A stretch of DNA of 64,000 nt from Podarcis melisellensis (taxonomy: Eukaryota), in assembly GCA_964234715.1 (NCBI GenBank), contig OZ174275.1; one strand, 5' to 3'. The position numbers were made by a program, and so were the translations under genes. Under the pieces are notes generated by a model. It was not told the DNA's origin and made no database searches. It was given only the letters and a program-made list of their open reading frames with translations. This document shows positions 1 through 12,600 of this stretch, piece after piece; position 1 is the stretch's first letter; every line of letters begins with the position of its first letter.

Positions 1-507
1 TTAAATGTCCATAAATAGTGAGCTTATTGTATTAATAAAAAGGTAGATAAATAAATAAATAGATAAATAAGACGATGATGTACTATATATTCTCAAACGA
101 CTTGGAAGTACCAACACCTGATTCCTAGCACTTTCCTAAGTTGCAGGCTGGAAGTTTGAAAAAAGTCCCCCCCCCCCCCCCGAGAACAAAGAAGATATTA
201 ATAAACACTCAAGTACTTGAGCATAAACATTAAGTAGACAGCATTGCAAGCTTGGTCAGACTAAAGGTTCGTCTATCCCAGCATCCAGTGGCCAGCTAAA
301 TGCCTCTTCCTCCTTTAAACCTAGTATTCAGGGGCATGCTGCTTCTGAACACACAAGTTCCATTCAGCTGTCATGACTAATAGCAGCAGATAGACAAATT
401 CATGGAGGAAAAGCTAGTGGTCTTCGCACCTTCACCATCACACCTTGAAGCAGCCCATTCCATACAGTAATATAAGGAAAGATCAGCTATAAAGGATTCA
501 AACAAAC

Positions 508-658
508 CAGTAGCCCAAGCAGGTATGGGCTTGCGGGGTTGACTCTCATCATCTGTTGAATCATCACTGTTCAAATCCATTCCATAATTATTCACATCAA
601 TCTTGGGCTGTTTAGGGCCTTGTGGTGTCATCGGGTAGGAATTACAGCTAGTAGAGTT
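508..658 (-). CDS. INCENP: INCENP-A penultimate exon (start of IN-box)
   Basis: tttccag|AACTCT...ACTG|gtttgt; [51 protein letters not shown]. Confidence 0.95.
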
Positions 659-3600
659 CTGGAAAGAAGATGAGGAGAGAGCTAAGTCACTGGGTACAGA
701 ACCAGATTTTGCTGGCAAAGTTACAATCACAGAATTGTAGAGTTGGAAGGACCCACAAGGGTCATCTAGTCCAAACCCCTGCAATGCAGGAATCTTTTGC
801 CCAACATGAAGCTTGAACCCACAACCTTGAGATTAAGAGTCTCATGCTTTACCAACTTAGTGTTGTTGCACTGCGCTAAAATCTCAATACAGCCTTTTAG
901 GAAAGAACTTATTCTATCAGAAGAGCATGATGAATCACCACCACCTGACAAACTACAAGTCAATATGGCTAGCTTCACCCAGCAGCATGCCCCCCTCAAT
1001 CAAAACACACTGCAACCAATCATGCCCTAGGCCCTCTGATCTCTCGCTCCACCAGCAACAAATCTCTTTTCAAAGTTAAAGAAGCACAACTTTTCTGACA
1101 ATGGCCACATCATTATTCTTTAAAGGCCCCTTCTTTTATACAGTACAGCTTTCTCCATTGAGATAACCAGCTGTCAACCAGCAAGAAGGTGACAGTCCAA
1201 AGCAAAAATTCCAAATTCCAGTTAGCGTTAAGTTTATTTTCACACCAACTATAGCAAACCCAACTTGCCAACAGATCTGTACGTATTCTCCAATGTGTAA
1301 CACGTGTCTAAATATTCTTCCTCATTCACAACTTCCTCCTTTTATTGGAGTGTGTGTTTTAAATTCTGCCACTGCACTTTCATGTTATGTCTCTGCCTAC
1401 GAAATCCAAGGGAGTGAGGGAGAAGAGATGGTAAGATTCTCAAAATTCTCACATGTATGCAGTAAGTTTACCAAGAAGGGGAAATAGGGTCAGCAACAAA
1501 AGAACCCCCCCACACACATACAAAGTGGGGAGCAGCACCTCAATATTTTGCAATAAAATTTTACAGAAAAGTATTTGATTTTGGCCTGCTGCCCTTTTCA
1601 GGGTTTAAGATATATTGCTCCATTTAATGTAGCTGTTCACATAAGAGCAGCCTTCCCCAATCTTGTGCCCTCCAGGTGTTTGGACTACAACTCCTATCAT
1701 GGGAGCTGCAGTCAATCTAGTGCTCCAGGTTGCAGAAGGCAGACTTGGAAATAACTGGGTCAGAAAAACATATGTGGGACTTTACGTTCAAAGCCTTTAT
1801 TAAGTGGCCTCAAGGCACACTGAAGGTAATGTGCTTCTGTGGGTAGGCCTGTGCATTGCAGCACATGCTCTCTTATAGAGCAAGTCAACAGGGCCATCAT
1901 TACTCCTTTCAACGCCTGATCTGTGGTTTGTAGCTCACCTCGATAACCACTGTTGTATTCAGTTGTTTGCTGGAAGCCTTGGCCTCAGCCTCAGAAGCTG
2001 CTTTCTCTCGCTTCTCTTCTTGTTGCCGCTGTTCCTGCTAAAACACCAAAAGGCCACACAGTGCTGTTGATAGGTTACTGCTTCCACCCTACACTTGATG
2101 ACACAGTGCACTCCAGGAAGAAGCATACAGGGTCTGCCAATTTAAATTTCCCCTAAAGCAACTGGACCCAGACTTGGGGAGCTGAAAACATACCTTGTAG
2201 TATAAGGAATATATTCATGTGATAGAAACATGAGAACCACTTACCAATTTCCTCTCCTTTTCCTCTAACTCTTTTCTGAGTCGCTCCTTCTCTTTGGCTG
2301 CTGCTAAAACCTCTTTATGCAGCCGAGCAGCCTTCTCCTTCTCTTTCTGCTCATGCTCCCTTGCAGACAAAAGACACTTCATTACCATCCAAAGAAAGAA
2401 AGAAGGGGATCATGACCTTAAGCATGACCTGTACACCCAGCATTAGCTTGGGCAGCACTCCCAACAGCCTGAGGCATACACCTTGGGGCTCAAATCATTC
2501 CCCCCCTCACAGCTTCATCCATAGCCATATTTTTTAGATTGGTGAAAAGAACACCTACCCTTTCATGGGGTGGACGACTGTTGCGGCCTGGCCCAGCTCC
2601 CTGGGGGTGGGAGAGCAGCCCCATCCTCCCTTTGGTGCTAGCTGCTGGCTTCAGCTATGACTGGCAGTGGGGGATGATGGGATCGTCTGCCATTTTTTAA
2701 AATTTAAACTGGCCAGTATTAGCCTTTGAAGGGGGCAGGGCATCAGCGGCAGACCAGGAGGAGCAAGTCTTCACTCTGCCCTATATGGACTGGCTGTGCT
2801 GAGTGACTGGAAGCCTTCTCAAGTGGGTTGCTCAGTCATTCTGTTCTTACCGCTGTGCTTGGAGCCTCTCCTGTTCTCGCCTCTTCTCTAGTTCTCTCTC
2901 AGCAAACAGCTTTTTCTCCCTTTCTAGTTCCAACTGATGCTGCTCTGCAATCTTTCTAGCCCTTTCTTGTTCCTCTTCTTCCCTTTTTTTCTGCATTTGC
3001 TCCTTGTGCCTTCGCTCTTCCTCCTGAAAAGATAAGCACAGCAGGCTAGTGCTATTGCACTCATGCCCTGCTTTGGGACTAATAATAATAATAATATTTT
3101 TTTAAAAATAAATTTATTTATACCCCACCCATCTGACTGGCCACTGGGATGAAAGGATACTGGATTAGACAGGCCTTTGATCTGACCCAGCAGGGCCCTC
3201 CTTATAAAACAAAAAACTTTTGCCAATTCCTCTTAGCATAATGTCCTAAAGAGCTGTAGTGAAGTCATATAGATTATGCATAAACATCTGCATGGCAGGA
3301 ATCAAATCCTCAACTCCACCTGGGAAAACCACCCTAAAGTATTCAGTTGCTATTCACCTATGTTTCATAGATGAATAGCAACAGTGAATACTTCAGGCAA
3401 GACAAACTTATGAATTAGACTTAGATTTCTAGTAAAGTTTCCCCTTCAGGTTGTCAACCTCTGAAGCTTGATGAAGAGGCAGACATTTTTATTTTTTTTA
3501 AAGATCCTTAACTGGAGCTATATACTATGCTAAAGTAGCAGTTACCTTAAAAATCACTACAGATTTGGTGACCGTGAAAGACATAGAAATACTTGAAAGA

Positions 3601-6600
3601 GTAGCCTCTTCAAGTCCTGCAGCTACATGGCTTTGAATTTAGCCTCAACAGGGGTGTGCCTACTGTCCTACATGGCCAGCCATCCCCACACCCCTGCCCT
3701 TACCAGCTGCAGAGCTCTTTTTTTACGGGCATCTTCTTCTTGTTTCCGCCGGGCTTCAAGTTCTTCCAACTTCTTGGCAGCTACCTTCTTCTTAACTTTG
3801 TCCTCTGCCAGTTTTTCCTCACGCACCTACAATAGGTTGTGTATATCATGTCATTATACAGGTCATGTTTCTTTTAAAAACAAGATAAGCCTAACACTGT
3901 AATGTAAGAGATATGTCCTTTATAACGTACCAAACACTCTAAGCCCTTCACTGTTTTCACAAGACAAACACATGGAGGGAGGGACTTGTTGGGTTGATAA
4001 GACTATCAACTAACAGCACAATCCTAACCAGGTCTACTCAGAAACTAAGTCCTACTGAATACAATGGGGCATATTCCCCTGATGAGAGTAGTTAGGATTT
4101 CAAAATAGATAATTAAACTCTGAAGAACACATGGTTCCAAAATGCTCTCTGGCCATATTCATGTTCACCTTCTCATTTTTCTCCTCATGCTGAGCAAGCT
4201 TTTGCTCAAGCCGCCTTCTCTTCTCTTCTTCCATCTGCTCTACCCGTTCCCGAGCCTGCAACACCTTGCGAAGGCGATCTTCGCGCTTCCTGATGGCACA
4301 CAGGAGTTCAGTTAGAAAAAGCTCCAAGGCAGAACTAGGAAAGGAGTAACTGGAAGGATGTCTATGGATGCATACCGCTTTATCTCCTCCAGCCGCTGCT
4401 TTTTCCCCTCCTCCAGTTTCTGCCTCCTTAGTTGTTCTGCTTCCTCCCTCTTTCTTTGAGACTCTAACCGTTCTCTTTCCTTTTGCTGGGTAGGGACGGA
4501 AGTTCATTAGCACACATGAAAAGAATGATGTGTCTGTTAACAGTTACTGTAATATGGAAACCCACCCCCGGTAGAAGACAGGCAACAGAACTGGAAGGAA
4601 CTATTCTCTCCACTGTGGCAAATGTTCCTAACAGTGAAAACATCCTTTGTAGTGAAAGTGTAGTAGCTACAAAAAGAGAGCACAAATTTAGCCACCAATT
4701 TTCCCCAAGAGCAAGATAGGCAAGAACTGCTCAATCCCTCACAATGCCTGTTCTACACTTCTTCCCTCCCCCCCCCCCAGCTAAATCACAGCAAACAGTT
4801 AAGTGATTAGACAACACTCTCTATAGTACTTGAATGTATTGTTAGACCTAGAGCATGCATCTTTTACTTATTTCAGAAAGGCTTTGATGCACCTTATGGT
4901 GGATTGGGTAGGAAGAATCACATAGCAACACCACACTGGTAATTTCTGTCTACCTTCTTGAAATATTGCACCCTACACTTCCTAATACACATGCAGTCTA
5001 GAAATGCCCAGACCTCAGACAAGCCATCAAGTGATTTGACAGGTAGATCTAGCACAAGACAGGGCTCCTTTGCCTTCAGCTACATAGAAGCAGATGCTAT
5101 TTCCACTATCACCATCACACAATATTGACAGAAGCAACACACCTGCAAAAATTCTTTCATTTTGGCTACTTCTGTCAATATCCATGCATTAATAGAACTT
5201 GCAAGGAGTATAAAAATGCAGCAGCCAATATGATTGGGCTAGCTCATGGTTTTAAAAAAAAAGTTTGATCTACTGCCTTAGATGAAAAAACGAAGCTGAT
5301 AGCTAACCTTAGCCTTTTAATCTGCCCAAATTAAGCTATGTAGTTACTTTCTAACAAACATAAGGTAGGAGGAAAATAGGTATCCCTGTTTAGAAGGACG
5401 TCTCCCTGAATTCAATGATCATACCAGGTAAGTGTGCATAATGGAAGTGAAAAAGCTCTGGACCACCAGTGCCAAGGCCAAGTCCACCAATGCAAACTGA
5501 ACCAAGATCTTAAGAATGCATCTAGTTTCTTTTTTGCACTTTATTCTAAACTTAAAACAATTAAACAGAAAACATGTTAAGACATTCAAGAGAAGAAATG
5601 GCAGTTATTGATTATCGTGTTTTGAAATGGTTGTGGCTTTCTTACTACAGGGAAAATAGCACAATGCTACTACCCATTATCTACTTTTTAGTAAGATTAC
5701 CCTAATAAGCACTAAATAAAATGCTAGAATTCCACCTTAAAAAGAGGAAGCAATGTTAAATCACTATGCAGGTTAAGAATGCCATTAGATAACACACCAT
5801 GTTAATGATATACAAATACAGCTACTGTGAGACCAAATGTTGTTACTTACAACAAACCCCCGCTGTACGAAGAGAAGATTGAGAAATAATTAATGCCTTT
5901 GGAAGTTAGCACCCAAATTATCAGTATTTCATTGCCAACAATACAAAAGGACTAGACCACTAGTTGATATAGGATTTGCCCTATTCAACTCTCTTCACCA
6001 AATGACAGCAATCTGCCATGCTTCACCAGTCAAGCCCTGTTTAACCCAAGAAGAAGCAATGGATTTAACCAAACGGCATGCAATAAACTTATGCTAAAAG
6101 ATCACTGAAAAGCTAAGCTATGGAGTGGGGATGGAGTAATTCACAACCTGCAGTCAAAGACATAAGCTGGTTGGCTCAACGCAAAGGAGAAATGTTGCTC
6201 TCATCCAATCCAATGCCAGTCCTTTCAGTCTCTTAAGCCCTCTTACTCTTTCAGCTCCTCCTTCCCTTAAGCCCATGTGAAGTTTTTGTACAATTTATTT
6301 CTTACATTTACATCCATCCTTTCATCCCTGGAACTCAAGGTGGTATACATGGATTTAAAAACAAAACAAAACAAAACAAAACAAAACAAAACAAAACAAA
6401 ACAAAACAAAACAGGACTTCACTCTACCTGGGGAGTGGCCTGGATAGGAGTGTTTTGTTTGATGAATGATTTCATGGTTGCACTTCGACTCAAAGAGCCA
6501 GGGGTCATCATGAGCACTCGGTTCTTATGCACTGTATGCAAGAATGTCTTGAAAGGACGGACAACCTGAAAAATACAGGAAGTGATCAGTCCTTGGAAGG

Positions 6601-9600
6601 CAAATGATGGGACCTGGTTCGCTCCCAAAGATGGAATTCTCGACTTACTTTGCTGGCAGGGCACTGAGGAGATACAGCCCTTTTCCTTGCAGGGGAGAAG
6701 TCCTCCTCTGAGTGCTGTCCTTCATCTTGCTCATAAACTGCCCTTTTATAGCTTGGCTTCCTCCTGTAAATATTAAATATGAATACAGGGCTCATTTTAT
6801 AGGATGCACCAGCAGAGAAATCAACCACCTCCTTGTCTCAGAATTACCATGGGAAGTACAGGACTCTGGCTCCATTCTCTGTTGCTTAGGGTCCTTTGAG
6901 GCCAGAAGAAATATAGCTGCTCAGTTAAGTATTTTAATTAACTATCCTCTCACATAGGAGCTACCCATCAACCAGCCAATGGACCTGCTCTCCTATTCTC
7001 ATGATGCTTACAGTCTTCTCTGAAAATCCTCTCTCCTCACAGGAGAAAAAACCTGTAAGAATACCCATCTTGTATCTTCCCTTCACTTCCTCTCCTTCCA
7101 TTCTTCCACTGTTTAGATCCTAGCACCTTCAACCTGCATACAGGTGTCAACCAAACAGAACAATTAAGCACTTAATCCTCAGATATCATCTTGTTTTGCT
7201 CCATGGAGGTTTTGTCCGAAGAAAACATACCTAGCACTCTGGGGCTGCTTTTGCACCTCATCAGTCCTTTCAGAACTTTCCCCTGCATACAGAGAAAGAG
7301 AGCTGCAATTAGTGATGGTGAAAGTGTTTTATGTAGCAAAGGCCTGAAGCCAAAGTTGTTTAGTCAACAAATATATGAATACTTATAATTGTCAGGGCAG
7401 AGTTATTATTAATTATTATGATTATTAGACCTATACCATAGATCTCAGGGCAGTTCACACCATAAAGTTACAATATAAAAAAGGCAAAATACATAATAAA
7501 AATAAGAACAGAAACAAACCAATAACCCCCCTTTCCACAAAACATTTAAAAGGGAATCGGTGGTAATCAGCCAACGGCCAGGTTAAGGAGAAACATTTTC
7601 ACCTGGCACCTAAAGGTGTATAATAAAAGTGCCAACTGTACCTCCCTGGGGAGAACATTTCACAAATGGGGAGTACAGTACTGTAGAAAAGGACCATTCT
7701 CATGTTGTAACCCTCTGGACCTCCTGTGGAGGCACATAAAGAAGGGCCTCAGAGGATGACCTCAGGGTCTAGGTAGGTTCATATGGAGACAGCCAGTCCT
7801 TGAGGTATTGCTGTTCTGAGCTGCTGAAGGCTTTATAGGTCAAAACCAGCACTTTGAATGGGGCCCAGAAACTAAATGGCAGCCAATGCCACTGAATTCT
7901 GCATTAGCTGAAGTTTCCGAACCATCTTCAGAGACAGTCCAGCACTGCAATAATCTAACCTAGAGGTTTACCAGAGCATAGACAACAGTAGTTAGGCAGT
8001 CCCTGTCCAGATAGGGGCACAGCTGGGCCACCAGCAGAAGCTTATGGAAGGCACTCCGCATCACTAAGGTCAACTGAGTCTCAAGATTCAGTTACAGATA
8101 GGTAGCCGTGTTGGTCTGCCATAGTCAAAAAAAAAAAAAAATCCTTCCAGTAGCACCTTAAAGACCAACTAAGTTAGTTCTTGGTATGAGCTTTCATGTG
8201 CATGCACACTTCTTCAGAGTCTCAAGAGATAGAAATGGATCCAGAAGCACCTTCAAGCTCCATACCCACTCCTTCAAGGAAGTGTAACCCCATCAAGAGC
8301 AGGCAACATCCTAGTCATTTGGTCTAGGGAACTGCCCACCAGCAGTGTCTCAGTCTTATTTGGATTGAGCTTCAGTTTGTTGCCTCTCATCTAGTCCATT
8401 ACTAAGGCAAGACAACAGTCCTGCACATCCACTACCTCTCCTCCAGATGTAAAGGAGAAGTAGAGCTGTGTGTCACCAGGATATTGCTGACAATGTACTC
8501 CAACCCTCTGGATAACTCCACTCAGTGGTTTCATGTAGATGTTGAACAGCACAGGGGATAAAATCAAACCTTGAGAAGGCTCCCACACATTGAAGGCTCC
8601 AGGGAACTGATGAACACTCCCAAAGCAACGCCCTCTGGGAACAACCATCCAAGTAGGATGCCACCCACCCGTAGCTTGGGCAGCTGCACCAAAATGATAC
8701 CACGGTTGATAGCATTGAAAGCCACTGAGAGGTCAAAGAAAATTAACAGGACAACATTTCTCCTGACAGTGGTCCTCACACAGGGCAACCAAAGCAGTTT
8801 CTGTGCCAAAATTGGGCCTAAACCCCCAATAGATATAGAAAATCAGTTTCCTGCATAAGCACCTGGATCTGATCCAGGAAAGAGACACAAACAACTGGTT
8901 GGTAGTTACTTAGATTTTCCAAATCCAGGGAGGATTTGTTAAGGAGTGGTTTCATCACTGCCTCCTTCAAGTAGGCAGGGACTAGCCCCCTCTCGCAAGG
9001 AGGCATTAATCACCTCCCTGGCCCAGCCAGCTTTCCCCTCCCTGCTAGTTTTTAACCAGTCAAGAGGGGCAAGGGTAAGAGCCCTAATGTCACCCTGACC
9101 AATCCAAGCACCTTGTCCACATCCTCAAGCTTTACCAACTGAAACTCATACAACACAATAGGACTAGCCAGTGCTCTGGACACCCCATGAGATTCATCTG
9201 CTGTAACAGCAGTAAAGATTTTATCCCCAAAATGCTTTGCAAACAGGTCACTATCAGCTACTGTTGGTTCCACCACCTCCTTTGGGCCAGAATGTAAAAG
9301 GTCCTGCACTACCCAGAAGAGGATGCAATGGAGGCAGCAAATTATGTTGTCTTTGCTGCCTTCACTGTCACTAGGTACGCTTGACGATGAACCCTCAGCA
9401 CTGTTTGGTTGCATTCAGCTGGATCTTTCCTCCACTTACATTTGAGTTGTCCCCCAGCTTGTTTCCTTGCCCTAAGCTCTGGAGTATACTGTTTACTTCC
9501 CTTATAGACATAATTCTGATTTCTAGAATTTCAATATGTAGCAAATCAAGCTTGTGTAGACTCAGTACATTGGGCTGTGTATTAATGAAATGTTTCTTTA

Positions 9601-12600
9601 AAAACAGAATACTACTAATTGGATTTTGCAGAAGTGACTTGGTGGAGCACTTCTTGGGTATGCCTGTCTTATGCATATTAATGGAAGCCCAGATGGGTTT
9701 CTTCACTTGCTTTCCAAGTTTATACTGAACAGCAAGAGGTGAAACCTACTTTAGACTAAGCATATTGCCAATACTTGATGAGATTTCATCCTTATTCAGC
9801 AAATATGCAGGAATACATTCTGTGAGTCTCTTGGGACCTGGCACCTGCCTAGCAGGCAGGCATCTTCCAACATACGCAAGACCCTTTTTCATTTGGGCAG
9901 GAAGAGGTTGATCTGAAAGTTGGGCATATTGACATTAGTCCCTTGTCATGGTCAGATCACTTGCGGTTGAGATTTATGAGGATGGTTTGGCCTTGGAAGC
10001 TGATGGATCCAGTAGGTTTCCAGGTTGCTCCAAGGGATTTTCTGGCTGATATGACGTGTACTCCTGTCAAAGCTGTGGCTGACCTCTGGAAATCTGAATG
10101 GCTCAGGCTCTTAACATGATCACCCCTGAGCGCCACTTCATGGAGCTCGTTTGGCTCCTTAGTATATTCCAGAGCTTAGGGCAAGGAAACAAGCTGGGGG
10201 ACAGCTCAAACGTAAGTGGAGGAAAGATCCAGCTGAATTCCTGTGTATGTGACATAGCCAAGTTTGCTATGAATTTTTATAGGACCCTTCCTTTCCAAGA
10301 CCTCATGGCAGCATACAGTGCTTCCTCACAACAATTTTTCAATGTAGATTAGTTCAAGAGAAAACTGGCTGAAGCTCACCTCATTAACTTCATGGCCAAA
10401 CTAGGATTTGAACCTGGACTTCTCAGTCAAACACTAATACACCATTTACTATACCACATTGGCCAGTCAAGTCATTATTTTTGCTTGAGCAACTGAGCAT
10501 CTTGCAAATAATAGGCTTGTAAACTTGCTTTTCCTCAAAATACATTCTATCCAACTCACCGTTGACCTTCTCTGCTACTTAGCCAAGGAGTATACTGACC
10601 TTTGTCATCTCCATCTTGTTCCACAGGTTTGATAACTGCTTGCAGACTGGCCTTGTGAGAACGAAGGGACATGCGAGGGTTCTCATCAACCTGCAACAAA
10701 GGCAAATTCCTTCTCAGTACAAGCCCCTCCCATAGATGTGTAATCACTAGACAACTAAGTGGGCCCTTTAACGATTTAGCACAAATAATGTTAGGCAGAC
10801 TAAGCCCCTTCGAGTATCTCTAAAAATGATGTTGGCACTTCAGTGAGAGCCATAGGAAAGTAGTCATTCCAGGACAGCACTCAGGTTCACTAATGTGGAA
10901 TCCAACATGCGCAGGCTCAAATGATGCAATCATGAACTTCAAAGGATTGACTACAGATTAAGTCTGTGTGTGTTTAACTCTGAACGTGCAGTTTCTGTCA
11001 AAACATCTCATCCAGCATGTCAGTGTTGAGCAGGTCTGGAGGCAGGACAGATGTACCCTGAAGATGCACCATGGAATGCCATCCAACTCTTCCATGCACA
11101 TTACACTCCCCCTTGCTTGAGTCTGGATGGTTGCTAACCACACAGTTCTACCCAAAAATGAGTCACATAGAGTTGAGTGGGGCTTACTGCTGGGTAAATG
11201 GGTATTGGATTGTGGCCTTAAACTTCTTTTAGTCTTCTTTAGAACTTACCTTCTGAGATGGTGGCTCTATCATCAATCTAAGAGAGAAAAGGTATGCATA
11301 TTTTTAAAAGTAAAAACTTTGCAAATTCCTTTCATGCTTCTATCTTGCAGCATGAATTTTAATTGGTCTTATCATTTCATTGTATCTTTAAATGCATTGA
11401 AGTAATGAAATGAAGTTATCAACCTATCAGCTGAACTCTAGCCTCAGCTCATACTAAACTACAGAAAGCCCATACAACACCTCACTGCTGCCATGCTTTC
11501 AAAAATAGATTCACCATTTCCTTTCTCTTCTGTCTGGGTACAAGTCTAGTTATTTAATACAATTTCCGCAAAAAATACATTGTGTATGTGGTGTCACTGA
11601 CAACTTGAAACCTGTGCAGAGGAGGGTGGCCAAGATGATAAATGGTCTGGAAACCAAGCCTTATGAGGAACAGTTAAGGGAGATGGGTATGTTGTACTGA
11701 AGGCCTTAAAGGCATCCAGGGAAAGTAACAATACTGGCATTTCTTTAGATTGCAATTCATAAATTATATCAAGAAACCTTCTTGCCGATCCTGCAATGCT
11801 TCAAAATGGCATGAAGCATGTCCGGTCAGGGGAGATGTAGGTTATAAAAACATCCAAGTACTTCACTATAATGGCAGCGAAAAGCTTAGCGTCCACATTT
11901 ATAAGTGCTATTGGTCTGTACAAGTCCACTTTTGTGGAATCTTTACCCAGCTTCAGAGTTTCCTAAAGCATAATGTCCGTTCCTTCCTTTTGCAAGATAG
12001 AGTCTACCTCTGCTCTTTTAACAACAGCACCTGAACCTTTTACATTAAGCAATCACACTTTCACCAATCTATAAGATTCTACCATAATGTGGAGNNNNNN
12101 NNNNNNNNNNNNNNNNNNNNNNNNNNNNNNNNNNNNNNNNNNNNNNNNNNNNNNNNNNNNNNNNNNNNNNNNNNNNNNNNNNNNNNNNNNNNNNNNNNNN
12201 NNNNNNNNNNNNNNNNNNNNNNCTGTTAATAGGGTTGAGAATAGTAAGACTTGTACTGTCAGAATAAGTACCTAGACTTTGACCAGATCTATAAATAAAA
12301 TAGTGAACTCTGTAACCATAATTTGCCAAGAATACAGGCTTGGAGTCTCTTGGAGTTTCACCTGCTCAGGAGTCTATGAGCCCACTCTAAATCTACTGGA
12401 GACAGTGAGATTCATAGTCCTGTTGATTATAAATGCATCCATACCTCCCCCTCCCTCTTTTTCAGGTAAATAATGAAGGTTAAGGTTTTTCCACCTATTC
12501 TTCTAGCCTAAGTGATAGATAATCAGTTGTCATTTGGAGCAATTGAATTTCAGACTGCTTTTCAAGGGCTGTATTCACAGCTTCATTACTTGTTTTGGAA

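Noticed and set aside
722-857. tRNA-Lys gene
   Set aside because: The tRNA-like head is degenerate and fused to a CR1-like tail, so it is a SINE.
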